The notes under the pieces: model-generated | Database searches by the model: none | The model's input: the letters and a program-made list of their open reading frames with translations, nothing else | What the model was told of the DNA's origin: nothing | Shown: piece by piece, positions 37,905-52,600 of the stretch | Numbering within the stretch: the stretch's first letter is position 1 | How the letters are laid out: the number at the start of each line of letters is the position of its first letter | Translations under genes and position numbers: made by a program | From: Haplodiscus bocki | Taxonomy: Eukaryota | Length of the DNA stretch: 64,000 nt | Direction of reading: 5' to 3' | NCBI GenBank assembly: GCA_965655095.1 | Contig: OZ296657.1 | Span: 55,490,001 to 55,554,000 of the forward strand

Positions 37905-40330
37905 CTTATTCTTATTGTTTGCGCTGAATGTCAAAAGTCCACTTACCCCATTGTAGTCACCGCGAAGTGCATTTTCGCAAAAGAGCAAGTCGAAGTCCGG
38001 AAGCAACTCTCTTTCGATTTTCTTGTGATCAGCATCACCTCGCAGCTTAGATTGGGAGCAGACAAAAAATTGAACAAGATCAAGCTCTTAAATTGACAAA
38101 CTTAGGTTTCGAAACTTCTCGAAAGTTTCAGCCACGAGGTAGGCGTCAAGAGTAAGGCAAACCTCATGATAGTCTCGGAAATTTGTGCATGAGAACTTTT
38201 TATAGTCTTTTTCATGGATTTATATTTTTTCTGATAGACTTTTTTCCCAATCGTTGCCAAAAGGAGGAAAGGAGGCTGAAAACGCACCCAGACTTTCCAA
38301 AAAGCTGTAAGAGAATGCTTTTTTACCCCTCGCTGTTGAACTAATTTCATCCAATTAGCTGAACTTGTATCGTAGATGCTTTAATTTGCCCATCTGCATT
38401 GTTTTCACGAATCCATCAAGTCATTGGGACAAGAATTGGAAACTGTTCATGTATTGTATCCCACTGTAGACTGGCCTTTCGACGATTTTTTGTAGTATAA
38501 TCCAAAATCCGATTTCTCATAATGAAAGATGTGAATGTTTCCTCGGTACGCGCTACTGCTGGAAGTACTGCAATTGGTCGTAGCTGAAGGTACTTGAGAG
38601 TGTGATGATGATCATACCTAGGTTGTGGAGGAAAACTAGCGAGAACTTGACTGCTTTTGCTTTTAGATTACAGTCGGATACAATCCACATACCTGTTGCG
38701 TGGTTATGACGAATGACTTCAACATCTTCAGTTTCGTTCTTCCCTAAACAATTTGGTTGTTCATTGAACTATAAAACTGCTCTGGCTCCTTCGTGCCTAA
38801 GACGTTTTTTGGGTCACAATGTTTTTGGCTTTTTGGATATCAAAATGTCAACCATTTTTTGAGGTAATCAACCAACCGGTTGATACTGTTCCCCACTGTG
38901 AAGACATGCCCTTACAACTCTATTTGATCTGGAGTGGACATGTACTGCGCCCTAGCTGCCGGGAATAATATTTTCGGCAACGATCATTGAGGGTCATATG
39001 CTTTCCTGCTAGAGAACATGCAGGGCTTCCAAATCAACGTAAACAGCGAAAGTGCACCGTTGGGTTTTCTGACAGTTCTTCAACTTCAATTTGGTTCCAA
39101 AAGAGGGAAATTGGATCCGTAAAAATGTGGTCCCGCCATATACTCTAGAAACGTGTTTGATTTTTTCTCCAGACCGATTGGAGCAAAACGTCGTTTTACT
39201 TACTTTTTGATATGATCTACGTGTTTCACGCATGGAACTCTGGAACTTCGTGGAGACAATAGTGGGATGGTTCGTTGCTTGTCAGGAGCAAAAAACTGAT
39301 TTTTTCCAAAGTAAGGTTTTTCGCTTCCTCCAATAGCACGTAGTGAGAGCACCATCTTCGCCACAGTTAGATACTGTAATCAAAAATTTATTTCCCTATT
39401 CCTTTTAGGAAAATGTTCAAAGTTCGCTTGCAGCTTGTTCGGATCAAACATCAATTCCAGTAGCTACCACGATTTTTTACTTAGATGCTCCCGATCCTGT
39501 TTTACTGGAAACACGGCAGTGTCAACACAGTGGAGAAAAAAAACGTCATTAAAAGATTTCCTGGTAGTCAGTAGAATTTTTTTCGTTTCATCCAATTTCA
39601 CATGTGTTGGATTAAAAGAAGGACCAACGGGGCCTTGCCCTTGGAGACTCTGAAGTCGACCTTAATCAGTTTTTCCACTACAGAATGAGATCCACCTTTA
39701 AAAAAATATTAACTTGTCGAAAAGCTCACTCGATCGTTTCCAACCATTCATCATCATCAGTATTGCCTACAAAACGCAATAGGCCAAATTTGAAGAACGG
39801 AGAAACACTTGGTTCATCGAGAGGTTTTATCAGTTTCATTTGAACAAATGACAACACCCTTGAGTGTCCCTGGCCCTAAAATTTTTCAACTAAAGAAGTT
39901 TTTAGATGATCCTTATAAACCAGGAGAAATGCAAAAGTTTCAACAAGATCTTCCTCGAGAATTTTGCGATAAACCAGGAAAAAGAATTAATTGCCCATTC
40001 TTTCCGATACAAAGGTTTTGGTTCAGTGGAAATTGCACTTGGACGTTCTTTGTCTTCAATTGCAGGGTGAGAACTTTGCGTATGGTTCTGTAAGGAAAAA
40101 CAATTGCCAAAAATCAGGAGCTCCACATTGATAGCTATTGGAAAACTAATGAACTGCTCGGAGATGCCTCTCGCAAACATCCAGGCGAGTAAAAACTTGA
40201 TGACAACGTCCACATTGAAAATTTCAGTAGGTTGGTTTGATTTTGTCCCCAATCGTAAATGCCTCTTAAATGATATTTTGTTCCGAAATCTTCTGTGTAG
40301 AGACATGAAGATGGCATTGTTCCACGACGG
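37905..40330 (-). pseudogene. Second Polinton pPolB (N-terminal and exonuclease half, with EndoVII/HNH-like insert), C-terminally truncated
   Basis: FKRHLR Zn-finger-like; GGSHSVVEKL; LKLKNCQKTQRCTFAVYVDLEAL (ExoI); VIRHNHATG....CNLKAK...VFLHNL.YD; SAPNLS; LFCENALRGDYNGV...FSANNK. Confidence 0.85.
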
Positions 40331-40729
40331 AATATCGATTATCGTTCGTAAAAGTTCAATGCTGTCCATAGGTTGCGAGAACAACCGTCGGGATTGAAAA
40401 AATTGTTGGAAAGTTTTGCGTTGGATGACGACTGAAGAACGCTCACCAGTAACCAAGTGTAGATATTTCAATTCATCAATTTCCAAAAACAAAAGAGTTG
40501 ACAGTTATTCGCTGATAAGTTTGGGATAAAGTCAAGTCAAGAGATACTTTGAGAGTTTTTCCTGATAATCAAGTTCGATTTGATCTGAACTTTCTCTCCT
40601 ATTGTAGGGACATTTCCGCGAAAATGTTGACGACGCCTACCGTAAACTCTGGTGGAATATTAGCATACAGCACATGTTCATTTTTCGAGTAGACCCGCTC
40701 CATCAAAATGTCGGTTGTAAAAAGTAGGC

Positions 40730-41850
40730 ATTTTGAAAGAAGGTTTTGATAGAGTTTCATTCTTTCACCATAATTTCACGGTCACAACTACTTATTTGTC
40801 TACTTCGACTTGGATACACTCACTCGTTGGAAACCGCAGAAGGTTTCTTATCAATTGTCTTCCACGAAGCAAAAAAACTGACAGTCAGAGCAGTGCGAGA
40901 TAAAATTGAATTGATCCTGCAAAAGAAGAGACTCGACAAGTTTGGAGAGATATGGGACTCTGGTTTCAACGAGATAGCCTTTAGCATGAACTTCATCCAG
41001 CGAGTCATCCATTTGAAGTGAACAAAGTTTTTCTGTGAACTGTTGGGGTGTGGACATGCGTCCAAGGACGTGACTGTTCTACAACAAGCAACAGAAGACA
41101 ACGGTGTTCTGAAGGTTCTGAGGGATGCAAGGTTCACCAAATTGTTTCTTAATATTGAAGGTAAGTAGTATTTGATGTTTCGGAACAAATTTCGATCTTC
41201 ATACTGTTCATTTTCAATCAAAAATTGAAGAACCTAAACTGTCAAACAAATTGGTCATTGTATTGTTTGAGATAACGAAGTTCCATTTCTAGAAACAGTC
41301 CCTCTATTCAGCTCCCATGTTTACAGCAGACAAGTGTATATCATCACCCTGGAAAACTATAGAAAGAATGAACGAAAGGGAATTATCACTGGAGATGCTG
41401 ATGACGTGAGCATCTACCAGTCCGAAATGGTGGATTTCGTAATAGAAAGTTCCAAGCTTCTCGAACGCATAGCAAACAGTTCAACGAGCTCATCCAAAGA
41501 GTTGACATCAAAACGAGTAGTCAAAATAGATTATAATAATGATTCGCTCGCAAAATGTCGAGACACTAAACAGGTGAGGAAAAAATTGCTGGAAACATTG
41601 ACAAAGAAACCGGAAATGGTTGTGGTTTCTGACAATTTCAAAAACTCTGTAGACAAAATTCAACAATCAGGGCCGGAACGTGTCTTTCTGATAAGCAACA
41701 GCGATTTACCAAGATAATAACCTTGTTCAATTGTCCGTCTCCATAAAATTTCATGATGTTTGTAACTTGAAAGCACTTTTGAATTATATATTCTAAAGTC
41801 AATTCAAGTTGATCAAAGAAAGAGCTCACTGCATGTTTCCAACATTTAAG
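40730..41850 (+). pseudogene. Polinton accessory ORF remnants (exonuclease-like, then PC4-like), divergent from the second pPolB
   Basis: EGF...GYTHSL...GEIWDSG in ORF 40746-41021; ORF 41334-41717. Confidence 0.35.
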
Positions 41851-43612
41851 TTCTGGAAAATTTGAACAAAAAGTGATTGAATGTGAATCGGATCGCGAAA
41901 AACTATCAAAAGTGAAAGTAGTGTCCTATGGTACGGTTAGTTCCGATCTCTCGAAATGCAAAAAAGTTGAATTTAAATTTAGTTTCGATGCTGGATATTG
42001 AAACTCCATAAATTTGAAATTGAAAAAGGGAGAAGAAAAGAATCCATTACGAGTGCGCTAGATCACATGATCCAAAATTCGAGAAATGCATGAAGTCTTG
42101 ATTGAATAAACCACGAAGCTACAGGCACCATAGCTATGAAATTGAAGTAACCGATTTTCAATGAAGCACATGTGGCTAACAGCACCGTTTATTCGTCAAA
42201 CTATTACAAAAATTACAGCCTGTTTATGTAATTGAACTGCATTTACAAAGCCTTTCTTTATGGCTGGCTTAGTGTAGCGGCTTTTCAAAATTTACTTGAA
42301 CTTTTATGTGAATAGTAGATTGTAATAACCCTGTAGAAAGGGTAAAGCTGTGTGGTAACCCCCTCCATTCCTAACTACTTCGGTGGGTTTCACGTTAGTG
42401 TTGACTTTTTGTGAATGTACGTTTTCTGATGATGTTTGGTTTACAAAAATTTCAAGAACTTTCCTTTTTTTGGGCACCTAGGCTTGAACCGTAGCTTTTG
42501 GAAAGTCATTTCACTTCCTAGGCCTCACTGGCTCACTGAGGTCCTTCGTCGATGATGCTTGATCAATTTTTACGTAGAATTCGTTTTGTACGTACCATTA
42601 TCGGAACTGAACTTAGAATTTGTGAGTTTCAGCCAGATTTCAAAAATTTCAAGAAGTTGAAGTGAGCGTTCACAGTCTACTAATAATGTATAATGAAACA
42701 GCAAACCTTCAATCATTTGCTGCATTTGTTTTGAATTTCAAACTACAGTCATCTTGTAGTGAACACGAAACTGTGCGGTAACATCCTTGTGTACACTACT
42801 CACTTTTTTATGTTATGAAATTAAAGCAGGAAAATAATGTAAATTTGATAGAGTTGCTTTTCAAAAGTTCAAAAACAATTTTATTAGCTAAATTCCAAGA
42901 AATCCAAAATCATGCCAGTGAAAATCAGAGAAGAAAATGTCAGTTTTTTTATAACTCCAAACTAGGTTTTTAGTATTTTTCTAGATAGGTAAAACTGAGA
43001 CTAATTCTTTAAATCCATTTCCTGCATTTTGCAGATCAAATAGAATGTATTAGTTGAATTCGGTCAAAATTCACAACAGAAGCGAAACGGAGCAAGTAAA
43101 TTAAAGGACACCCTCCTCACGAACACTTCAAAGGCCCATGCAGGCACCATTTTTTAAAGTTTAGTTTATGGAAGAATTTGGTAGAAATTGAAAAACGTTT
43201 TCAGAACGTTCTACCTGGTGGTTTTTTTGATGCAGTGATTTGAGTCATCTTTTGAAGGTAAGAAGACGTAACTGAAAGGTCAATAGCACTTTTGGGACAA
43301 TAGAAAACGGAAAATGCAGCTTTTGTTGGATCTAGGTTTCTGGCACTAGGTGGATTAAGCTTGGACAAGAATTTTGCCAACGCAAAATCGTTTCATTTCT
43401 ACACCCGAAAAAATTTAAAAGACCAAACAATTTGACGTTTATGCCCGCAAGAAAATTGCTTATTCGGATGCTTTGGAGCACTTTCAGCAAGAATCTGATT
43501 TCACAGGTATCTTTGCTTGTAGAACGGTAGAGTTTGGCAATTTGAAAATTTTAATCAAGTTGTAGCAGATGGTCAAACACTGTATTTGTCAAGGCAATAA
43601 TTTTTTCATGAC

Positions 43613-46600
43613 GCGTCGTCTTGGGATAAAAAACTGTTGCGGTCGGTCTAATGCAAAGAAAAAACACACATACCTACATATCTTGGCGAAAACCCATAAG
43701 TTGTCCGACGAGCTGCTTGTTTGTTGTGTTTCATTGATTTGACTCAATTCTTCAACACAAAGACTTGATTTTAACTTCGGTTTCAGTTCTGGGGAAGAAA
43801 AATTCAGAGAATTCATTTTTCAATTGGTAATGTGAGACAATCATGAGACAGTGATTTTAACTGATTTTGTATTTCAACACCTATGGAAGAAAAACATTTA
43901 TCAAAAGTTCAGCACAATCTTATGCATTTTTAGTAGAAACACCGGAATTTGTTTTGAAAATAGGACCAGCATTTGATAGTTCCCGTCCACTCAGTTTTGA
44001 TAAATATTTGAAAAACAAACGTTTGTTCTGCAAAAAGTTGTCATTTTGTTCGAAAAGTGCAGCCTCTTCTTGAAACGAATAGTAAATTCCAATTTTTCGC
44101 AAAGTTTTGTACCTATTCAGTTGAAGTTTCTTTGGAGAAGCCATTAATTCACGATAAAGACTATTTCTTTTTTACAGTAAGCTTTGGATGAAGTTATCAA
44201 ATCAAGAACAGTTTTTCCGTTTACCTCAGAGTACATTGTATATTCATCAATTAATTGTGTGAGGATTTTTACTAAATGCAGGACATCATCGTTAAAAAAA
44301 TCAATCGGGAAGAAATATTGCAACTTCTTTCTACAAAAAACAATTGTTGTTTGTGGTTCTAAATGCTGGGTTGACAAGACGCCCTGGTTGGTCTGGCACG
44401 CTTTTTGGCACCACGAAACCTGAAGTCGCTTGAGAGGTAGGTTTTTTTTATTTTCAAAGATTTCATTGCGATTTCTGCGATGTGGCTTCGGCTTAAAAAT
44501 CGAACACATCCTCTACTGGTTTTTCGATTTTGGTGGCGAGCAAAGTATATTCACCAGAAAGTTTCAGCATACGTGCATGATTGACAGCAACAGGTAAAAC
44601 GAAGAAGATGGACTACGTTCTACGGAATAATGTTTGATGGAATAAGATCTAATCGAAAAAGGTCTTTTGTAGAACGAGATCTAAAGTGGAATAGGGTCTA
44701 AAGTGGAATATTTTCAGAAAAAGAAAAAGATCTAAGGCAGACTAAGATCTAACTTTGGGGAATTCCCAGTGCGTCGATTTTCCAAAGAGACCAAAATAAA
44801 AAAAATGATTTCACAAAGGCTGATTTTTGGTCGCAGCCAATAGGATTTGCGAGAAAATTTTGAGATGCGCTCACGATATTTGAAATCCAGTAACTTAACC
44901 AGTCGATGATTTTCGATGCCAATTTGAAATCCAATCATGATTTACAGAAAAACGAGACCTAAAAAATTAAACTTTTGAATTTACCGAAAACTACTTTTGT
45001 TTCCGAAACAGACAAAGCGGGTCGAATCATGTCTTTTCACCTTCCTTCGTAAAAAACTGAAATAATTGCTAAAAATGAGAAAATTTTTATAATTGCAACA
45101 GGGTTTCATGACATATTACCGAAATCCATGATACCTTTGTGACATAGTACCCGATGCCATAAAACCCAATGTGACATAAAACCCAATACCTTATGCTATA
45201 TTAGCCAAAATAAAATTATAATTGATCATTAAATAGTACTCAAGTAATAGCCAGCGTCTTGAGTAGTTTCTCAAAATCTTTGATTTGAATTAGATTTGAA
45301 TTAATTCAAAAAACTAAACATGACTTGGTTAAACATGTTTGTGAAATTTTCCTTGTTTTTTGAACAGAATGGGAATAATCACCATTTTCATTTGTCTCGA
45401 GGTGCCAAAAACTTTGATATTTTTCATGGGGGAGTCTTTACTACATTCTATAGGCCGAGTAAGCCACATGCTTGAGATGTTTTCTTTCAATTTCTTGAAA
45501 AGTTTTCGTATATGGAAATGAGATATGAAACATAAAATTTTGAAACGACCATTCCAATGTCTGGACGAAAAAAATATCCAAAACAGGATACCGCCGGAAA
45601 AAAATTGTTTATACTAAACATCGTATTTCTTTTCCAAAAATTTTCAGATACAATGCCAAGTTTCGTATTTTTCGTCACAGAATTTCCCGAAATAAAAAAA
45701 TTTCCACAAAAGTCTGCGAATTTTTCCCTTTTGTGAATTTGACACGGTTGTTTTTTTGACTTGTAATCAAATATTTGAACTGTGTGAGAAAATACAAGAC
45801 ATTTGTAATTACCGATTTTGACATTAATTGAGCGGAAAAGACTTCTTGAGTTTTGGGTAATATTAAACATTGTGTTTTATTACTTACGGTCTTATGTCCT
45901 GACACCTTACAGGATTTCCTCAAATCAAACTTTGGTTTTTGAAAATTATCAGAATTTTTCTGGCATGGATGTCCAAAAACCAAGGCTAGCAAGTGAAAAC
46001 AGCGAGCCATTAAAAAACCAGTGAATGAACCTTATAGAAGAATTTCGGTTATGGCGTCATGATGATGATAGCAACTGAAGAAAGCGAAGGAGCTCATCAA
46101 GTTGTCCGGTTTATTCTCTTGCCTGCTTTTTTTCTTTCAGAGCGGTGATTTTGAATTCAAAGCTAAACGGAAACGTTAACAGAAGTTTAAAACTTTTTGG
46201 ACCATTTGAAAATTTATTGTACCGGTCTGACGGAACGATTTGCTAGTATAATTATTGTTATTATTGCGACAAATTTTTCAATAAATTGTATTTTTGAACA
46301 TTCCTGTGTGCTACTAAAAGATAAATGCTTCCAAGATACGCTTGCGTGTATATTGTTTCCTTCTCTTTCTTTGATTTTCATAGTACGCATACTTCATTGT
46401 TTTTTTCCGATTTGTGAATTTTCCACTTTTACTTCGTTCTTTTTTACAGAGAAGCGATGAATACCTCACAGCAAGAAGTGGGAGCCATCAAAGAAAATTT
46501 GACTTAAGTTAGCTCAAATTGAAGCCCGTTACGATACAAAGCAATGCCGATACAAAAGCGGCGGCTTCTTTTTGACTGGGTTAATGTCGAAAATTTCACA

Positions 46601-49600
46601 CTTGGGTCAATTCAATTTGTCTGTTCCGAGTTGAGTGCCCAAATAAAGTTCCGGAGGGAAGCCTTGAAAAAGGTGTTTCTGAGGTATAAAGTTCAAAGCA
46701 TTTTAGTTGTACACTAATATCAACCACTTTTAGTCTCGACTCAATTTGAACAAATGTGAGAACCAATGTTTTGCGGCCTTCATTTGAGGGCGGTCTCTTT
46801 TCGAATTGAAATAAATAGTCACGCCAATTCTGTTTGAAGGGTGACCTGTCCGTGAAGAAATTCGGTACACTTATAGATTGTATCTGCGTCGTCTTGGGAT
46901 TAAAAACTGTTGCGGTCGGTCTAATGCAAAAAAAAACACACATACCTACATATCTTGGCGAAAACCCATAAGTTTTCCGACGAGCTGCTTGTTTGTTGTG
47001 TTTCATTGATTTGACTCAATTCTTCAACACAAAGACTTGATTTTAACTTCGGTTTCAGTTCTGGGGAAGAAAAATTCAGAGAATTCATTTTTCAATTGGT
47101 AATGTGAGACAATCATGAGACAGTGATTTTAACTGATTTTGTATTTGAACACCTATGGAAGAAAAACATTTATCAAAAGTTCAGCACAATCTTATGCATT
47201 TTTAGTAAAAACACCGGAATTTGTTTTCAAAATAGGACCAGCATTTGATAGTTCTCGTCCACTCAATTTTGATAAATATTTGGAAAACAAACGTTTGTTC
47301 TGCAAAAAGTTGTCATTTTGTTAGAAAAGTGCAGCCTCTTCTTAAAACGAATTGTAAATTCCAATTTTTCGCAAAGTTTTGTACCTATTCAGTTGAAGCT
47401 TCTTTGGAGAAGCGATTAATTCACGATAAAGACTGTTTCTCTTTTACAGTAAGCTTTGGATGAAGTTATCAAATCAAGAACAGTTTTTCCGTTTACCTCA
47501 GAGTACATTGTATAATCATCATTTAATTGTGTGAGGATTTTTACTAAATGCAGGACATCATCGTTAAAAAAATCAATCGGGAAGAAATATTGCAACTTCT
47601 TTTTACAAAAAACAATTGTTGCTTGTGGTTCTAAATGCTGGGTTGACAAGACGCCCAGGTTGGTCTGGCACGCTTTTTGGCACCACGAAACCTGAAGTCG
47701 CTTGAGAGGTAGGTTTTTTTATTTTCAAAGTTTTCATTGCGATTTCTGCGATGTGGCTTCGGCTTAAAAATCGAACACATCCTCTACTGGTTTTTCGATT
47801 TCGGTGGCGAGCAATGTATATTCGCCAGAAAGTTTCAGCATACGTGCATGATTGACAGCAACAGAGAAAACGAAGAAGATGGACTACGTTCTACGGAATA
47901 ATGTTTGATGGAATAAGATCTAATCGAAAAAGGTCTTTTGTAGAACGCGATCTAAAGTGGAATAGGGTCTAAAGTGGAATAACTTCGGAAGAGGAAAAAG
48001 ATCTAAGGCAGACTAAGATCTAATTTTGGGGAATTCCCAGTGCGTCGAATTTCCAAAGAGACCAAAATAAAAAAAATGATTTCACAAAGGCTGATTTTTG
48101 GTAGCAGCCAATAGGATTTGCGAGAAAATTTTGAGATGCGCTCACGATATTTGAAATCCAGTAACTTAATCACTCGATGATTTTCGGTGCCAATTTGAAA
48201 TCCAATCATGATTTACAGAAAAACGAGACCTAAAAAATTAAACTTTTGAATTTACCGAAAACTACTTGTGTTTCCGAAACAGACAAAGCGGGTCGAATCA
48301 TGTCTTTTCACCTTCCTTCGTAAAAAACTGAAATAATTGCTAAAAATGAGAAAATTATTATAATTGCAACAGGGTTTCATGACATATTACCGAAATCCAT
48401 GATACCTTTGTGACATAGTACCCGATGCCATAAAACCCAATGTGACATAAAACCCAATACCTTATGCTATATTAGCCAAAATAAAATTATAATTGATCAT
48501 TAAATAGTACTGAAGTAATAGCCAGCGTCTTGAGTAGTTTCTTAAAATCTTTGATTTGAATTAGATTTGAATTAATTCAAAAAACTAAACATGACATGGT
48601 TAAACATGTTTGTGAAATTTTCCTTGTTTTTTGAACAGAATGGGTATAATCACCATTTTCATTTGTCTCGAGGTGCCAAAAACTTTGATATTTTTCATGG
48701 GGGAGTCTTTACTACATTCCATAGGCCGAGTAAGCCACATGCTTAAGATGTTTTCTTTCAATTTCTTGAAAAGTTTTCGTATATGGAAATGAGAAATGAA
48801 ACAAAAAATTTTGAAACGACCATTCCAATGTCTGGACGAAAAAAATATCCAAAACAGGATACCGCCGGAAAAAAATTGTTTATACTAAACATCGTATTTC
48901 TTTTCCAAAAATTTTCAGATACAATGCCAAGTTTCGTATTTTTCGTCACAGAATTTCCCGAAATAAAAAAATTTCCACAAAAGTCTGCGAATTTTTCCCT
49001 TTTGTGAATTTGACACGGTTGTTTTTTTGACTTGTAATCAAATATTTGAACTGTGTGAGAAAATACAAGACATTTGTAATTACCGATTTTGACATTAATT
49101 GAGCGGAAAAGACTTCTTGAGTTTTGGGTAATATTAAACATTGTGTTTTATTACTTACGGTCTTATGTCCTGACACCTTACAGGATTTCCTCAAATCAAA
49201 CTTTGGTTTTTGAAAATTATCAGAATTTTTCTGGCATGGATGTCCAAAAACCAAGGCTAGCAAGTGAAAACAGCGAGCCATTAAAAAACCAGTGAATGAA
49301 CCTTATAGAAGAATTTCGGTTATGGCGTCATGATGATGATAGCAACTGAAGAAAGCGAAGGAGCTCATCAAGTTGTCCGGTTTATTCTCTTGCCTGCTTT
49401 TTTTCTTTCAGAGCGGTGATTTTGAATTCAAAGCTAAACGGAAACGTTAACAGAAGTTTAAAACTTTTTGGACCATTTGAAACTTTTTTGTACCGGTCTG
49501 ACGGAACGATTTGCTAGTATAATTATTGTTATTATTGCGACAAATTTTTCAATAAATTGTATTTTTGAACATTCCTGTGTGCTACTAAAAGATAAATGCT

Positions 49601-52600
49601 TCCAAGATACGCTTGCGTGTATATTGTTTCCTTCTCTTTCTTTGATTTTCATAGTACGCATACTTCATTGTTTTTTTCCGATTTGTGAATTTTCCACTTT
49701 TACTTCGTTCTTTTTTACAGAGAAGCGATGAATACCTCACAGCAAGAAGTGGGAGCCATCAAAGAAAATTTGACTTAAGTTAGCTCAAATTGAAGCCCGT
49801 TACGATACAAAGCAATCCCGATACAAAAGCGGCGGCTTCTTTTTGACTGGGTTAATGTCGAAAATTTCACACTTGGGTCAATTCAATTTGTCTGTTCCGA
49901 GTTGAGTGCCCAAATAAAGTTCCGGAGGGAAGCCTTGAAAAAGGTGTTTCTGAGGTATAAAGTTCAAAGCATTTTAGTTGTACACTAATATCAACCACTT
50001 TTAGTCTCGACTCAATTTGAACAAATGTGAGAACCAATGTTTTGCGGCCTTCATTTGAGGGCGGTCTCTTTTCGAATTGAAATAAATAGTCACGCCAATT
50101 CTGTTTGAAGGGTGACCTGTCCGTGAAGAAATTCGGTACACTTATAGATTGTATCTGCGTCGTCTTGGGATTAAAAACTGTTGCGGTCGGTCTAATGCAA
50201 AAAAAAACACACATACCTACATATCTTGGCGAAAACCCATAAGTTTTCCGACGAGCTGCTTGTTTGTTGTGTTTCATTGATTTGACTCAATTCTTCAACA
50301 CAAAGACTTGATTTTAACTTCGGTTTCAGTTCTGGGGAAGAAAAATTCAGAGAATTCATTTTTCAATTGGTAATGTGAGACAATCATGAGACAGTGATTT
50401 TAACTGATTTTGTATTTCAACACCTATGGAAGAAAAACATTTATCAAAAAGTTCAGCACAATCTTATGCATTTTTAGTAAAAACACCGGAATTTGTTTTC
50501 AAAAAAGGACCAGCATTTGATAGTTCCCGTCCACTCAATTTTGATAAATATTTGGAAAACAAACGTTTGTTCTGCAAAAATTTGTCATTTTGTTAGAAAA
50601 GTGCAGCCTCTTCTTAAAACGAATTGTAAATTCCAATTTTTCGCAAAGTTTTGTACCTATTCAGTTGAAGCTTCTTTGGAGAAGCGATTAATTCACGATA
50701 AAGACTGTTTCTCTTTTATAGTAAGCTTTGGATGAAGTTATCAAATCAAGAACAGTTTTTCCGTTTACCTCAGAGTACATTGTATATTCATCAATTAATT
50801 GTGTGAGGATTTTTACTAAATGCAGGACATCATCGTTAAAAAAATCAATCGGGAAGAAATATTGCAACTTCTTTTTACAAAAAACAATTGTTGCTTGTGG
50901 TTCTAAATGCTGGGTTAACAAGACGCCCAGGTTGGTCTGGCACGCTTTTTGGCACCACGAAACCTGAAGTCGCTTGAGAGGTAGGTTTTTTTTATTTTCA
51001 AAGTTTTCATTGCGATTTCTGCGATGTGGCTTCGGCTTAAAAATCGAACACATCCTCTGCTGGTTTTTCGATTTCGTTGGCGAGCAAAGTATATTCGCCA
51101 GAAAGTTTCAGCATACGTGCATGATTGACAGCAACAGGTAAAACGAAGAAGATGGACTACGTTCTACGGAATAATGTTTGATGGAATAAGATCTAATCGA
51201 AAAAGGTCTTTTGTAGAACGAGATCTAAAGTGGAATAGGGTCTAAAGTGGAATAACTTCGGAAGAGGAAAAAGATCTAAGGCAGACTAAGATCTATTTTT
51301 GGGGAATTCCCAGTGCATCGAATTTCCAAAGAGACCAAAATAAAAAAAATGATTTCACAAAGGCTGATTTTTGGTCGCAGCCAATAGGATTTGCGAGAAA
51401 ATTTTGAGATGCGCTCACGATATTTGAAATCCAGTAACTTAATCACTCGATGATTTTCGGTGCCAATTTGAAATCCAATCATGATTTACAGAAAAACGAG
51501 ACCTAAAAAATTAAACTTTTGAATTTACCGAAAACTACTTGTGTTTCCGAAACAGACAAAGCGGGTCGAATCATGTCTTTTCACCTTCCTTCGTAAAAAA
51601 CTGAAATAATTGCTAAAAATGAGAAAATTATTATAATTGCAACAGGGTTTCATGACATATTACCGAAATCCATGATACCTTTGTGACATAGTACCCGATG
51701 CCATAAAACCCAATGTGACATAAAACCCAATACCTTATGCTATATTAGCCAAAATAAAATTATAATTGATCATTAAATAGTACTCAAGTAATAGCCAGCG
51801 TCTTGAGTAGTTTCTTAAAATCTTTGATTTGAATTAGATTTGAATTAATTCAAAAAACTAAACATGACATGGTTAAACATGTTTGTGAAATTTTCCTTGT
51901 TTTTTGAACAGAATGGGTATAATCACCATTTTCATTTGTCTCGAGGTGCCAAAAACTTTGATATTTTTCATGGGGGAGTCTTTACTGCATTCCATAGGCC
52001 GAGTAAGCCACATGCTTAAGATGTTTTCTTTCAATTTCTTGAAAAGTTTTCGTATATGGAAATGAGAAATGAAACAAAAAATTTTGAAACGACCATTCCA
52101 ATGTCTGGACGAAAAAAATATCCAAAACAGGATACCGCCGGAAAAAAATTGTTTATACTAAACATCGTATTTCTTTTCCAAAAATTTTCAGATACAATGC
52201 CAAGTTTCGTATTTTTCGTCACAGAATTTCCCGAAATAAAAAAATTTCCACAAAAGTCTGCGAATTTTTCCCTTTTGTGAATTTGACACGGTTGTTTTTT
52301 TGACTTGTAATCAAATATTTGAACTGTGTGAGAAAATACAAGACATTTGTAATTACCGATTTTGACATTAATTGAGCGGAAAAGACTTCTTGAGTTTTGG
52401 GTAATATTAAACATTGTGTTTTATTACTTACGGTCTTATGTCCTGACACCTTACAGGATTTCCTCAAATCAAACTTTGGTTTTTGAAAATTATCAGAATT
52501 TTTCTGGCATGGATGTCCAAAAACCAAGGCTAGCAAGTGAAAACAGCGAGCCATTAAAAAACCAGTGAATGAACCTTATAGAAGAATTTCGGTTATGGCG

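Noticed and set aside
39902-40492. Longest ORF (196 aa) as an intact gene
   Set aside because: It overlaps the frameshifted N-terminus of the second pPolB pseudogene and has no coherent domain.
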